Positions 13,500 through 28,557 of a DNA stretch of 64,000 nt are shown here, piece by piece. Numbering within the stretch: the stretch's first letter is position 1; each line of letters opens with the position of its first letter. The translations under genes were made by a program, and so were the position numbers. Source of the DNA: Octopus vulgaris (taxonomy: Eukaryota); assembly GCA_951406725.2 (NCBI GenBank), contig OX597835.1, forward strand, positions 21,390,001 to 21,454,000, read 5' to 3'. Below the pieces are notes generated by a model. It had not been told where the DNA came from and did no database searches. It saw only the letters and a list, made by a program, of their open reading frames with translations.

Positions 13500-13893
13500 C
13501 TTTTACTCTTTTACTTGTTTCAGTCATTTTTTGACTGCGGCCATGCTGGAGCACCGCCTTTAGTCGAGCAAATCGACCCCGGGACTTATTCTTTTCTAAG
13601 CCCAGTACTTATTCTATCGGTCTCTTTTGCCGAACGCTAAGTGACGGGGACGTAAACACACCAGCATCGGTTGTCAAGCAATGCTAGGGGAACAAACACA
13701 GACACACAAACACACACATACATATATATACATATATACGACAGGCTTCTTTCAGTTTCCGTCTACCAAATCCACTCACAAGGCTTTGGTCGGCCCGATG
13801 CTATAGCAGAAGACACTTGCCCAAGATGCCACGCAGTGGGACTGAAACCGGAACCATGTGGCTGGTTAGCAAGCTACTTACCACACAGCCACT
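13500..13893 (-). mobile_element. SINE family B
   Basis: Reverse-complement match to 10932-11338. Confidence 0.92.
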
Positions 13894-13929
13894 ATATTCT
13901 ATTCTATTCTAGAGCGAGTAAAATTCCCG

Positions 13930-14290
13930 AGATCCATGGACGAGTCCTCTCCAGCAGTCTTTGTCCCTGATCATTGTTGCCATGTCCTGTTTCTTCCATA
14001 GACCAGTATCTGTCCTTAGAGCTTCGGCATATGTCATCCTCGGTCTCCCTCTGCTAGTGTTTCCATGTAGGGGCCCCCAACAGGAGCACTGAATACGGTA
14101 TCAACTCTGAATGACGGTCATCATGTCCAGCTAACCTCAGTCTCCTCTGTATTATTTTCGAGCAAACTATTGAAAGGCTCTCGTACAGCCCTGAGTTCTT
14201 CATCCCCAGTGTATACAGATTAATGTTCAGAAGCCATCCTCAGCATTCTCATGTGGCACCTATCTGAGTGAGTTTCTTGGTCAGTGTCCA
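13930..14290 (-). mobile_element. Decayed RTE-clade LINE ORF C-terminus
   Basis: Reverse translation pieces WTLTKK, RMLRMA, RRLRLAGH and SRGRPRMTY..LRTDTG, typical of RTE/RTE-X C-termini. Confidence 0.75.
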
Positions 14291-14368
14291 AGTCTAAGAC
14301 CCGTACAACGGCACAGACTTCACTACATATCTCTAAAATATGTATACATATTTTATATATATGTATAC

Positions 14369-14436
<68 letters not shown>

Positions 14437-14439
<3 letters not shown>

Positions 14440-14632
14440 ATCCAAACATGAAAGCACAAAAAAACACAACAACGCGAGGACGTGGAACAAATATAGTATT
14501 ATTGGACGCTCAGGAAAGAAGGAGGACTTAACGTTTCGAGCGGAGCTCTCCGTCGGATACATAGGAGAAGGAAAGATCCAGAGAAAGGAAGACAGAGGGA
14601 AAAAAATCGCCAACGCTACACACGCGGTCACA
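14437..14632 (-). mobile_element. PLE-terminus-like element in (TA)n with a degenerate hammerhead (14526-14560)
   Basis: ccgacgg-a-gagc(tcc)gctc-GAA-acgt-t; related to the 19930 and 44999 elements. Confidence 0.55.
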
Positions 14633-14647
14633 TATATATACATAATA

Positions 14648-14717
<70 letters not shown>

Positions 14718-14723
14718 GAGAGA

Positions 14724-15020
14724 GGAGACACATGGCCTAGAGATCAGAGGAGCGGACTCGCGGTCAAGGGATCGTGGGTTCGAATCTCAGACCGGGCGAT
14801 GTTTGTGTTTATGAGCGAAACACCTAAGTTCTATGCGGCTCCGGCACAAGGTAATGGCGAACTTCCGCTGACTCTTTCGCCACAACTTTCTCTCACTCTT
14901 TCCTCCTGCATCCTTGCAGCTCACCTGCGACGGACCGGCGTCCCGTCCAGGTGGGGAACCTATACGCCAAGGAAACCGGGAAACCGGCCCTTATGAGACG
15001 GGCGTGGCTCGAGAAGGAAA
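14724..15020 (+). mobile_element. SINE with family-A-like head and V-domain-like body
   Basis: tRNA-like head followed by cctgcgacggaccggcgtcccgtccagg...gaaaccgggaaaccgg; relative at 53671-53870. Confidence 0.75.
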
Positions 15021-15910
15021 GCAGAAGCTACAGAGTGGCTCAAGAGCTGAGAGTTTCGTGTAGGTTTATATACCCAGTCAAAAATTACATTTTCCTAGAT
15101 CATTCTAGAGTGGAATTAACGGCATATAAGAACTTTTCTTCTTTTTAAACATCACGAACGTCACTGTGTGTTCTTTGCCTTAAAGCGCGATTTTTTTTTC
15201 TTTTCATTTCTTGAATATATGTTGCTGAAGTTAGTATGAACTTAATATGTCTTCGATTGATCGCTTTCCCCAAACCTTGTTGACTTCGACCAGATTCCAA
15301 TAGATTTAGGGATTTATTTATTGAACGAGGGTTTTATGTCTGCCTCTGTTTTATTCGCTAATTCCATACACTTTCAATAGAATTCATTAATAATCACGGA
15401 GTTTTAATAAAAATCAATAAATAGTAAGTGGCCTTGTGACACAGAAATGGTAGTAATGGTGCTGGGTGGCGGTGGAGGCTGATGGTGGTGGAGGCTGGTG
15501 GGAGTGGAGGCTGGGGTGGTAGAGGCTGATGGCGGTGGAGACTGGTGGCGGTGTCTGCAGCGGCGGCGTTGGTTACAGCGGTGGCGGTGGTAATGGTGAT
15601 CATGGTGGTAGTGGTAGTGATGATGATGATGATTTAGGAACTGATAGCAATAATGACGGAGTTAGTGATGATGAAGATGAAGGCTAGTGGTGGTGGTGGT
15701 GGTGGTGCTGCTGGTGCTGCTGGTGCTGCTGGTGCTGCTGGTGGTGGTGGTAGTAGTAGTAGGAGGAGGAGGAGCAGGAGGAGCAGGAGGAGTAGGAGGA
15801 GCAGGAGTATGGGTGTGGTTTGATGGTGAAAGTGGTATTGGGAATTCGGTGATAATATTTTGGGGAAATCGTGTTTTTGTATACTTAAATATTTACACAC
15901 ATCCATATAT

Positions 15911-15973
<63 letters not shown>

Positions 15974-16073
15974 CATATATACATATATACATATATATAT
16001 ACATATATACATATATATATATTATATATATATACATTTACATATATTATATATATACATATACATATGCATA

Positions 16074-16147
<74 letters not shown>

Positions 16148-16329
16148 ATTAGGGCTTAGTAAAATAAATTACTTAGCCACATACTGAACTTGCTAGAAAT
16201 AGCAGCCAAAAAAAGTTTTTTTGCCATTTCCACTACTTAAAGAAAATTTCTCTCAGATAATGTTTACTCAAAATAACTCACGAAGGTATGGAGGTAAAAA
16301 CAGAAAAATATCACAAGTACAAAGATTAT

Positions 16330-16390
16330 TTGAGAACGTTAACGTTTCTAGATTAGCCAAATAAACTCAGCATTTCTTTCGTCAGCTCAA
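16330..16390 (-). ncRNA. Type-I hammerhead ribozyme motif (canonical CUGACGA core)
   Basis: ttgag-CTGACGA-imperfect stem II-GAA-acgttaacgt (palindrome)-T-ctcaa, within a unique island between (TA)n arrays. Confidence 0.75.
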
Positions 16391-16607
16391 CATTTCTTAT
16401 TTTGGATTTGGAAGCACTAAAAAGAAAGAACATACCCTTTGGCGACTTATCACCTCAGATGACCCGTTCAGACTGCCAGTACCAACAAATTCAAAATGTG
16501 CAAGCGAAGATTCCCTGCTCTCCCCTTCCACCCACGTGGGTTATCTAGCAAACATTATATTTTAACGGTGAGAACCGAGGCAATATGACAGAGAGAAATG
16601 AATTATA

Positions 16608-16684
16608 ATATCAACAATTGAGGGTAAAATTAATTAGTTATTAATCAATAATAACTAATTAATTTTACCCTCAATTGTTGATAT
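16608..16684. repeat. Perfect hairpin (about 36-bp arms) ending in (TA)n
   Basis: atatcaacaattgagggtaaaattaattagttatta-atcaa-taataactaattaattttaccctcaattgttgatat. Confidence 0.9.
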
Positions 16685-16736
16685 ATATATATATATATAC
16701 ATATATGTATAATATATATATATATGCATATATCTT

Positions 16737-16770
<34 letters not shown>

Positions 16771-17208
16771 TATGTATGTTATATGTGTGTATGTGTATGT
16801 ATAAGTTTAAATATATATATATATATATATATGATATATATATATATACATATATATATATATGCATACGGATTTATATATATATGCATATATATATAAC
16901 ATTTATATTTCTTGTTATCTAGCAATTTTTTCTTGAGGAAGGAGGCAGCAGATGGGGTGGAAGGGTGAGTGTGAAAAGAAAGAAAGGAGAATAAAATTTC
17001 CTAAATCTGAAACAAGTAATCTAGAACTAAAACAAATGTTTTAACAATATAATACTCACACACACACACACACACACATACACATTGAGCCATACACACA
17101 CAAAAACACACACGCGCAACGATCGACAGCACGCAACCATCCACTCATATACACACGCAGCTATTCATACACTTGCGCACCCATCCACGCACAGATGCAC
17201 ATCGTCTT

Positions 17209-17276
<68 letters not shown>

Positions 17277-17846
17277 CCTCTTTGAAGCTTTCTCTCTGAC
17301 AAAATCCGTATACACAAATACACACACACACATATTCACGAGCATACAGTCACAGAGAGTACATCATGTTATACTGTATAGAACAACAAAAGCCAACACA
17401 ATTTCAACATCTCTAAAACAGCAGAAGAGAATAACAGAGATTTTGAGGAGAAGAAGAACAAGAACAACAATAACAATAACAGAAAAGAAGTAAAAAAAGA
17501 ACAAGAAAAGATAATAACATAAAGTTGGCTAGAACAAGTAAAAGAATTAATCCAGAGACGAGCAAGAAAATAAATTTCCAAACTAAACCGTTCGTAATCA
17601 TTGTCAAACCATTAATATCTATCAAGGAACCATTAGAATATTGGATGCTAGTGACTCTGTACCATTTGTAAAAGCAGGCATCGAGAAAGCGAGAGAGAGA
17701 AAACGGGGAAGACGGGGTGAAAGATGGCAGGCAAAAATTATCGCGTACAAGCATTTGTAAGTTGATGTTTGTAGTTTATGCACCGTATATATAAATGCAT
17801 GTATATACATATATATATTTACATATTTACACACACACACAGAGGC

Positions 17847-17885
<39 letters not shown>

Positions 17886-17936
17886 TGCCTATATACATAG
17901 ATATATCTGTACATATGTATATGTGTGAATACCTAA

Positions 17937-18013
<77 letters not shown>

Positions 18014-18312
18014 CACACATATATATATATACAGGTAATGTATATAAGCACATATGTGTGTGTGCAAGTGTGTGTATGTATTTATATATACATACACAGA
18101 TGCTTAAGTATTCATAAGAATATGTGTATATATTCACAAGAATATATATATATACATGACGGACCATGCATACATGGATGTATTTATATATGTATATACA
18201 GCTGTATATATTATATATGTATGTATATATATATAGATATTTGTACAAATAAATTCCTCTATTTACATAATATCGAGGTCTCTTTCATTCTTTTCTTGTC
18301 TTATCATTACTA

Positions 18313-18359
<47 letters not shown>

Positions 18360-18466
18360 CGTACATGTACATATAGAGACTCGCACAGATATGTATATGT
18401 GTATATGTATATATAGAGAGAAACATAAAGACATACAGACAGACAGACAGATATACATATGTAGCT

Positions 18467-18595
18467 GGTACTCTGTCGGTTACGACGACGAGGGTTCCAA
18501 TTTTTACGATCATTGGAACAGCCTGCTCGTGAAAATAACGTGTAAGTGGGTGAGCACTCCGCAGACACGTGTACTCAGAACGTAGTTCTGAGGGA
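18467..18595 (-). mobile_element. SINE family A 3' fragment
   Basis: gtcggttacgacgacgagggttcc...acgtagttct. Confidence 0.75.
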
Positions 18596-18722
18596 AATAA
18601 AGTGTCTTGCTCAAGGAGACGACGCACTGCCGGGATCAAATACACGACCTTACAATTCTAACCACCAAGCCATGAGCCTTCAGACGCATATATATATATA
18701 TATATGCATGCATGTATGTATA

Positions 18723-18953
18723 TATTTCTTTACTACCCACAAGGGGCTAGACACAGAAGGGACAAACAAAGACAGACAAACAGATTAAGTCGATTATATT
18801 GACCCCAGTGCGTAACTGGTACTTATGTAATCGACCCCGAAAGGATGAAAGGCAAAGTCGACCTCGGCGGAATTTGAACTCAGAACGTAGCGGCAGACGA
18901 AATGCCGCTAAGCATTTCGCGCAATGCACTAACGTTTCTGCCAGCTCACCGCT
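18723..18953 (-). mobile_element. SINE family C
   Basis: Reverse-complement match to family C. Confidence 0.9.
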
Positions 18954-19145
18954 TTACATGTATGTATGTATATATATTTATATATATATGTATATATGTG
19001 TATATATGTGTATATATTTGGCTTTCACCCAGGCGTCCCCGGTTCGATTCCCGGCATGAGAACATTTATTCCAACAATGGTGACACAGCAGGACCGCAGC
19101 TTTGAAGCAGAAAGAATTTAAAGATTTAAAATTTAGAAATTTATA

Positions 19146-19507
19146 TCTCTTTTTCTCTTTTACTTGTTTCAGTCATTTGACTGCGGCCATGCTGGAGCAC
19201 CGCCTTTAATCGAGCAACTCGACCCCGGGACTTATTCTTTTGTAAGCCCAGTACTTATTCTATCGGTCTCTTTTGCCTAACCGCTAAGTAACGGGGACAT
19301 AAACACACCAGCATCGGTTGTCAAGGAATGCTAGGGGGGCAAACACAGACACACAAACACACACACGCATATAAATATATATATATACATATATACGACG
19401 GGCTTCTTTCAGTTTCCGTCTACCAAATCCACTCACAAGGCTTTGGTCGGCCCGAGGCTATAGTAGAAGACACTTGCCCAAGGTGCCACGCAGTGGGACT
19501 GAACCCA
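19146..19507 (-). mobile_element. SINE family B, 5'-truncated
   Basis: Reverse-complement match to family B. Confidence 0.9.
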
Positions 19508-19739
19508 GATTGAGTTTGCATATTGAGTTTACATATAAATATGTGTGTATATGTATGTGCGTCCGTGTGTGTGCGCTCATTCTTTTACACATTTGCATAT
19601 ACATACATCATCGAAAGAACATGCATGGGAAGCAGTGAAGAAAGTAACCAATAAGAAGGGAAAAAGAGGGGAGGAGGAGGAGGAAGGAAGCCCGAAACTG
19701 TGTGAGAGGTTCTAGATAGATAGATAGATACATACATAC

Positions 19740-19838
<99 letters not shown>

Positions 19839-19929
19839 TCCGTTTGCCATTTTATATATATCACAATAAATTTGTTGAGTGATTAATGTGGAAACGCCAT
19901 GATAGATCGGTAGCAACTACCCACAGATT

Positions 19930-20094
19930 TTTTTCTCTCCTTGTTTCTCTCCTTTTTCTCTGTGTCCCTTTCTGTAGAAGAGCGTAGGCTCGAAACATAA
20001 AAGACTTTTCCTATTCCTGAGCGTTATACTAATACATCTGTTTGTTTTGTACACCACCTGTCTTCGTCTTTTGCTTTTTTCGTGAACTCTCCCT
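19930..20094 (+). mobile_element. PLE-terminus-like element with CUGUAGA hammerhead-like motif (19964-20005)
   Basis: ttt-CTGTAGA-a-gagc(gtag)gctc-GAA-acat-A-aaa; close copy at 44999-45157 (-). Confidence 0.65.
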
Positions 20095-20342
20095 AGTGAT
20101 TAGAGCAGCGGACTCGCGGTCGAGTGATCGAGGGTTCGATTCTCAGATTGGCCGATGTGTGTGTATGTGTCTACGTATAGGTATCAATGTACCAATGGAA
20201 ACAGTTGTTTATATGAAGTCATGTCTATATCTTTACGGTGTATTATAGTTTATTGTATATGTACACACACGCACACATACATATACATTCACATATATAC
20301 ATATATATACATATATATATATATATGTATATATACATGTAT

Positions 20343-20420
<78 letters not shown>

Positions 20421-20691
20421 TCATATATATATATATGCTCATACATATGTACATAAATATATACATATATCCACTCATATATATTTCTATATCTCTGACG
20501 GAAAATTAATCCCTTTGAACTCCAAATTGAAATTACGAACACATATCTATGTTAATGGATATTTTGTATTTCTGTACATTTTATAATAGTTTCCATGCGA
20601 ATGTACGTGTATATATATATGTATATGTATTTAAATATATATATCAATATATTCATATTTATATATACAGTCATTTATACACATACCTACG

Positions 20692-20766
<75 letters not shown>

Positions 20767-21440
20767 GGGTATGTATGTATGTATTTATTAGTATTAAGAT
20801 TGACGTATATATAATGAAAATATTTCTCCGTTCAGGATTTTATCAAAGAACTCACTGAATTGGAAAAAATTCAAAATTCTGAGCGATAATATATGAATAT
20901 ATATACTTTTCCCGTTATCGCTAAGTCGTTATTTTGTACATATAAATGTAGAAAGCAATGAAATAACAAAGAAAAAAATGTCACAGGAGGGTTGATCAAC
21001 TACATGTATCCGCTGAGAAGACAAAGAATTCTCTATTTTCATACTTGTATGGAGAAAAGGAATGTTCAGTCATATACTGAATGTTTATAATATAATTACT
21101 ATTTAGAAATCCAATCGCATTCTACGCTACGAAGTGCAATGTAAACATCTAAAACCAATGAACCGTTATTAACTAAGAGACGAAAATCTTAGAACAATAC
21201 AAACAAGTTCAAGACAACACATACTTCAGGCCCCAGACCGTAAGTTATTAACTGCTTAATCTCCCTAAAAGCAATGAATTTATTGCTAACAGTCTTTTGA
21301 AACATAAAACGTATAAAATAAGACCAATAATGTGCAACAAATATAGTAACATAAAAAAAAATATTATTAATTACAAACCAAAGCAGCAAGCTGCCAGAAT
21401 CGTTGGTAAGAAGGGCGAAATATATATATATATGTATATA

Positions 21441-21698
21441 TTGGTAAAACGGTAAGATAACCAAAGAAAGAAAGAGACCTCAATATTACGTAAATAGAGG
21501 AAATTTATCTATAAAATAACATGTTACATTACTCGATAGTCAAGATAAAACTCTGAGTTTCAGATGCCGAAGTGGGAATCCACGACGCCATCTCTTCGGT
21601 TATCTGGCTATTTGAAAACGCTATCTTAGCGTCGTGGATTCCCACTTCGGCATCTGAAACTCAGAGTTTTATCTTGACTATCGAGTAATGTAACATAT

Positions 21699-21705
<7 letters not shown>
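21441..21705. mobile_element. Palindromic hammerhead element in (TA)n
   Basis: About 75-bp near-perfect arms (21512-21588 / 21629-21705); hammerhead on the minus strand at 21543-21605. Confidence 0.8.
21543..21605 (-). ncRNA. Hammerhead-like motif (CCGAAGA core)
   Basis: agataa-CCGAAGA-gatg...catc t-GAA-actc(a)gagt-T-ttatct; same stem III as the 953-999 motif. Confidence 0.65.
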
Positions 21706-21759
<54 letters not shown>

Positions 21760-21776
21760 AAGAGAGAGAGAGAGAT

Positions 21777-21930
21777 ACGATGCACTTCTTTCAATTTTCG
21801 TCTGCCAAATCTACCCGCAATGCAATTAGTCGGCCCAGGTCTATAGTAGAAGGCACTTGTCCAAGGTGCCACGCAGTGGGACTGAACCCGGAACCTTGCA
21901 GTTGAGAAGCAAACCTCCTACCACACAACC
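21777..21930 (-). mobile_element. SINE family B 5' fragment
   Basis: ccaaggtgccacgcagtgggactgaacccggaacc. Confidence 0.8.
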
Positions 21931-21949
21931 AGTGATTTTACACACACAT

Positions 21950-21993
<44 letters not shown>

Positions 21994-22005
21994 CACTGTA
22001 TCTTC

Positions 22006-22077
<72 letters not shown>

Positions 22078-22351
22078 CACTGTATCTTCCAGACAATCAG
22101 ATGTTATACACCTCCTTTCTAAATACGCTTCGAATTCTTCCATGATTCCGCCCTTTTTTTCCATTATAACCCAAATCGTTGAAGTATAAATCATCTTCCC
22201 ATATTCGGAACATCTTTCTCGATCTCTTGAATACTAATTGGCATCTGCACGAACCCACCTGTTGCCCCATGAACCTTGCAATGTGACCGACCAAGCGGAA
22301 ATTAGGCTTTCGGTGTCCTGCCATCAGGTCGTTCATTCCGCTTCCTTCCTA

Positions 22352-22733
22352 TTACTCTTTTTACTCTTTTACTTGTTTCAGTCATTTGACTGCGGCCATG
22401 CTGGAGCACCGCCATTGGTCGAGCAACTCGACCCCGGGACTTATTCTTATGTAAGCCCAGTACTTATTCTATCAGTCTCTTTTTGCCGAACCGCTAAGTG
22501 ACGGAGATGTAAACACACCAGCACACAAACACACACACATACATATAAATATATATATATACATATATGCGACAGGCTTCTTTCAGTTTCCGTCTACCAA
22601 ATCCACTCACAAGGCATTGGTCGGCCCGGGGCTATAGCAGAAGACACTTGCCCAAGATGCCACGCAGTGGGACTGAACCCGGAACCATGTGGTTGGTTAG
22701 CAAGCTACTTACCACACAGCCACTCCTGCGCCT
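22352..22733 (-). mobile_element. SINE family B
   Basis: Reverse-complement match with a small internal deletion. Confidence 0.92.
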
Positions 22734-22937
22734 CATTTCGTATATACCCCTTTGATTACTTTTCTATTCTGGTGGACTTTTCTGTTCTAGTGGACCTCCA
22801 TAGCCATCCGACGATTAAAAACTAGTTTTATAGAAACTTCTTTCATAATTCCTATTTTGGTTTTTACAGATTTTCTTGTGTACGTTAAACTATGTAAAAC
22901 GTTGATACAAAAAAAAAACTGAACTGTTTCTTGCAAC

Positions 22938-23148
22938 TCTCTTTACTCTCTTTTACTTGTTTCAGTCATTTGACTGTGGCCATGCTGGAGCACCGCCTTT
23001 AGTCGAGCAAATCGACCCCGGGACTTATTCTTTGTGAGCCCAGTACTTATTCTATCGGTCTCTTTTGCCGAACCGCTAAGTGACGGGGACGTAAACACAC
23101 CAGCATCGGTTGTCAAGCAATGCTAGTGGGACAAACACAGACACACAA

Positions 23149-23189
<41 letters not shown>

Positions 23190-23379
23190 CATATAAATAT
23201 ATATATATACATATATACGACAGGCTTCTTTCAGTTTCCGTCTACCAAATCCACTCACAAGGCATTGGTCGGCCCGGGGCTATAGCAGAAGATACTTGCC
23301 CAAGATGCCACGCAGTGGGACTGAACCCGGAACCATGTGGTTGGTTAGCAAGCTACTTACCACACAGCCACTCCTGCGC
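22938..23379 (-). mobile_element. SINE family B
   Basis: Full-length reverse-complement match. Confidence 0.92.
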
Positions 23380-24139
23380 AACGAATACATCTAAGGCAAA
23401 TTTTTTTCCATGAACCCACAAAATACCGCTGTTGATCCCCAATCTGTTATTTTTCGTTCATGGACCCCCAAAATCTTATACGGACCCGCAGGGTTCATAA
23501 GGCTCGAGCCTGAGAAGCGATGGCATAGGCATATACTCTCACGATGCTACTTCTAGCATGGATCCTTCCATGGTTTTTTGCATCGTAGCAAATAGTTGTT
23601 CTTCCCCTTTCGTAGTAGCCCACGTCTCATTAAATTTGACAATTATATGGCTATCTTTGATTAATTCTACTTCTATTGCATTTAATGGATTTTATTCAGT
23701 TGCGCATTGCCACTGGATGTTTCGCATTGTTTCCCTATGAGCAAGAAGCTGGCTGAGGGCGCACACCATTGACGAAGAGCAACAAACCTGAGATGCCTCT
23801 GGCGTTCTCGATAGTCGCTTCTGAAACGGTTTTTCCTTTCCCTCCGAGTAATATTGTGCTTTTAAACACATTGCAGCACATAACAAATATTATCTTCAGA
23901 CGAATACTGCAGTAAATTTGCCTTTAGCTGATGTATTTACGTTAAGTATGACACAGAGATGGTCGTTTGAGAGAGAGGGAGGGGGAGGGAGATAGGCAGA
24001 CAGAGGAAGAGGGAGAGAGAACGAGAGGAAGAGAGGACATGTAAGCAAGTGTGTTGTTACGTGTATCGTGTTTAGATGTTTATTCGTACTTATGTATATC
24101 TATAAATGTATACAGACATACATACGTATTGTGCGTGTG

Positions 24140-24179
<40 letters not shown>

Positions 24180-24389
24180 TATATGTATATGTATATATGC
24201 TTATATATGTATACATACACAAATATAAATATACATGCATACATATTACAAATATATATTTATCTATACATATATACAAACATATATATACTTATATAAT
24301 ATATATATACATATATAGATATATATATACATACATATATATATACTTATATAATATATATACATATAGATATGTATATATACACACAT

Positions 24390-24432
<43 letters not shown>

Positions 24433-24455
24433 AATATATATATACATATATGTAG

Positions 24456-24498
<43 letters not shown>

Positions 24499-25594
24499 CG
24501 TAAACATATACACACACGCGCGCACATATTGAATTAAGGCCAGGAATGTATGTACATTGTAACACAAATAATTACGTTGGTATCCAGGTAATAAACATCC
24601 GAATATCTCGACTGACGTACAGACAATTGGATATAAATATGTATGCATAGAGACAGGTATACTAATAGATAAACAGACAGACTGGCAGATAGACAGACAG
24701 ACAGACAAACAGACACGAAAGTAGTTGTATTTCAATCTTACAGATCACGTCTGCGTTACTATTGGTCGGCCTCTTACTGCTTTAGACCAATCTGGGTTTC
24801 TTGTAATATTTTTGTTTTACCAAATTGAAAATGAATTTTGGAATTAACAATGAATCTAAAATCTGTTTGTACGAAGTTGCACTTTCACTTTCCGTCAGTT
24901 CTTAAGTGCAGGTCTCTAAAACCATTCTAATGTACTTACAGACAAAGATTAAGACTAAACACATACTGGCAGTCACACACAGGCACACACAGGTGCACAA
25001 AGGCATACACATACACACACACATACACACACATACACACACACACATATATATATATATACATATGTATGTGTGTATATATTTCTAAATATATACATCT
25101 ATATATGTATATATATATATATATAGAGAGAGAGAGGGAGAGAGAGAGAAAGAGAGAGAGAGAAAAAGAGAGAGAGAAAAAGAGAGAGAGAGAAAAGAGA
25201 GAGAGAAAAAGAGAGAGAGAGTGAGGGAGAAAGAGAGACATATAGACGCATGTATACGAATACATATGCACATATATGTGTACATATATATATATGTATA
25301 TTTACATATATAGGCATATATGCTTACCTGTATACAAACTGTGTGCGCGCGGACGTATGTGTGTATATATATGTATGTAAGACAGATGCATGTGTGTATG
25401 TGTGTATATATCTGTGCGTATGTATGTATATACATATAAACATACATATATACATATATACATATATATACATATATATATACACATATATATACATAAA
25501 TATAATATATATATACATATATATATACATATATGTATATATACATGTATATATATATACATTTACACATACACAAATATATGTATATATATAT

Positions 25595-25657
<63 letters not shown>

Positions 25658-25811
25658 TATGCGTACATATTTGTAAGTTTTATATATGCTTGTATGTGTG
25701 TGACCGTGTATGCACATCTGCGCACATACATTTACATGTGTGTGTGTGTGTGTGCGTATGCCTGCGTATCTTTTTGTTATTATGAGCGCCTGCGCCTGTA
25801 TCGATGATGCA

Positions 25812-25855
<44 letters not shown>

Positions 25856-26017
25856 TGTGTGTGAGTGTGTGTGTGTACGGCATACACATTTTATTAAAGT
25901 GATTTCCGAAAACGACTAAGCTTCAAACGGCGAAAAGAGTATGTTGACCGTTCTCTTGAAACAGACAAATCAGATTACTTGAAAGCAAAGAATAAACACA
26001 TGCAAAGACGCACGCAT

Positions 26018-26078
<61 letters not shown>

Positions 26079-26246
26079 GCACAAACACACACAATTCACA
26101 CACAGTTTTAAATGCATAATTACAAACATACATAAAGAACTAGAATAGATAGAGCGGTAGTGCTATATATTTTTACATACACACATCCATATATACATAT
26201 ATATTTACATAATATATATATTATATTTATATAAATATATACATAC

Positions 26247-26279
<33 letters not shown>

Positions 26280-26347
26280 CATATATATATGTATATATAT
26301 ATATGTATATATATATATAGATACATATATATATACATATATAAATG

Positions 26348-26486
<139 letters not shown>

Positions 26487-26629
26487 GTATACGTATATAA
26501 CTATTAAAAGGAAAATTATCAGAAAATCCTTTTCTATTCATTTTTCAAACACATATACATATGCATACGTATGTATATATGAATATATGTATGTATGCAT
26601 GTATGTATGTATGCATGTGTGTTTGTATG

Positions 26630-26660
<31 letters not shown>

Positions 26661-27000
26661 CACAAGGATTATTAAGCAATTTTGAACACAATAACAGTCC
26701 GTAATATATTACTTATTTCTAAGTGATTAAGTATCCCTTCTTAAGTTACATTATTACGTTCGCCATAAAATGGCTCTTCAGGCATTGTAAAGTAAGATCT
26801 TTCGTTCCGTCTAGCATGTGTTAGTTCTGAATACGTTATGGGAATAAAGGAATAAATTAATTACATATATACGGCCAATGTTATTAGGTATGTATAATAT
26901 ACAGTGGACTCTCCTATCGTGGTTGACAGACAAGGGGACGGAAACTCATTAGAAAACAGCTTGCACAGATGTTTTGTTTATAGCAACCACATGTCCGTAC

Positions 27001-27093
<93 letters not shown>

Positions 27094-27202
27094 GAGATAG
27101 ATAGACAGACAGACAGACGGACAGACAGGCAGGCATGCAAGCAGGCAGGCAGGCAGGCAGGCAGGCAGACAGGCAGGCAAGCAGGCAGGCAGGCAGGTAG
27201 GC

Positions 27203-27249
<47 letters not shown>

Positions 27250-27274
27250 TAGATAGATAGATAGACAGACAGAT

Positions 27275-27627
27275 AAGTTTCTTTATTGGCCACACAGGGC
27301 TGCACACAGATGGGACAAGTTACAAAGTAGAGCTTTTCTTTTGGGGGATGAAAGAAAAAAAAGGTAGCATAGGGTTTCGATCAAAAGGGATCGTAAAAAG
27401 GGAAAAAAAAAGGAAAAGGGAAAAGAAAAAAGAAAAAAGGGAAAAAGAACAAAAGAAAAGAAAAATGAAAAAAGAAGAAAAAAGAGGAAAAAAAGGGGAA
27501 GAGGAAAAAAAACGATCAATAGGGATCGTGTATCACAGTGTCATGATGTATGGTGTAAAGGGGAAAGCAAGTAAGGTTTATCCGTGGGAAGAAAAGCCTA
27601 CGAAAAAGACCACGGTAACCTTGGTCA

Positions 27628-27628
<1 letters not shown>
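27275..27628 (-). mobile_element. Non-LTR retroelement 3' end inserted in (GATA)n
   Basis: Minus strand ends ...cagccctgtgtggcc-AATAAA-gaaactt then (ATCT)n; (GATA/GACA)n on both sides; three more copies at 46457-47130. Confidence 0.75.
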
Positions 27629-27717
<89 letters not shown>

Positions 27718-28178
27718 TTTGTCTTCAACATTTCCCTAGTAGCAAGGCGTGAAGTCGACTCGTGTTTACAAAAGAGGACCCCTTATTAATGTACTGACAA
27801 TACAATAAGATCGAACGTGGAACCCTATGACTTGGTATAGAAATCCTTAACGGATACGAGTTTCCGACATATGACGTAAAGGAGATTGTGGCTGCCATCT
27901 TGGACCATCCCTCGACTACATACAGGTGCTTCTTTCATTTGTACGCAACAGCTAATATTGCTTCCTGCCAATGAGAACGTGTTTACACAAAGGGGTTTTC
28001 TCTTTTTTTTAAAGTTTTTATTAAAGATGGGGAATCCGGAAACAGATACGTAGAGAGGGAATTATGAAAACGGAGTAATCAAAGAGGAAATGGTTTTAGC
28101 CATTCTTCGAGATTTTTCTTTTGCAAATTTCTGTCCCGTTGTTGTTGTTGTTGTTGTTGTTGCTGCTGCTGCTGCTGC

Positions 28179-28212
<34 letters not shown>

Positions 28213-28280
28213 GGTGGTGGTGGTTGTTGTTGTTGTTGGTGGTGGTGTTGGTGGTGGTGGTGGTGTTGTTGTTGTTGTTA

Positions 28281-28557
28281 AATAAGTACCAGTTACGCAC
28301 TGGGGTCTATATTACCGACTTAATCCGTTTCTCCGTCCTTGTTTGTACCTTCTGTGTTTAGCCCCTTGTGGGTAGTAAAAATATAGGTATTTCGTCTATT
28401 GTTACGTTCTGAGTTCAAATTTCGCCGTGGTTGACTTTACCTTTCATCCTTTCGAGGTCGATAGAACAAGTACCAGTTACGCACTGGGGTCGATGTAATC
28501 GACTTAATCCCTTTGTTTGTCCCCTCTGTGTTTAGCCCTTGTGGGCAATAAAGAAAT
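28281..28557 (+). mobile_element. SINE family C headless tandem units
   Basis: Tail joined to the internal ggtatttcgtct of a second unit. Confidence 0.85.

Noticed and set aside
13671-13970. Recurrent ORF MSSNARGTNTDTQ...CPRCHAVGLNPEPCGW with a CxxC-like motif
   Set aside because: Antisense translation of SINE family B; the frame shifts with the internal microsatellite length.
15394-15984. Pro/Ala/Leu-rich ORFs (also 40856-41347)
   Set aside because: Degenerate trinucleotide repeats with no splice or domain evidence.
23400-23522. Possible hAT terminal fragment (catggacccc repeats)
   Set aside because: Too degenerate; no matching TIR or TSD found.
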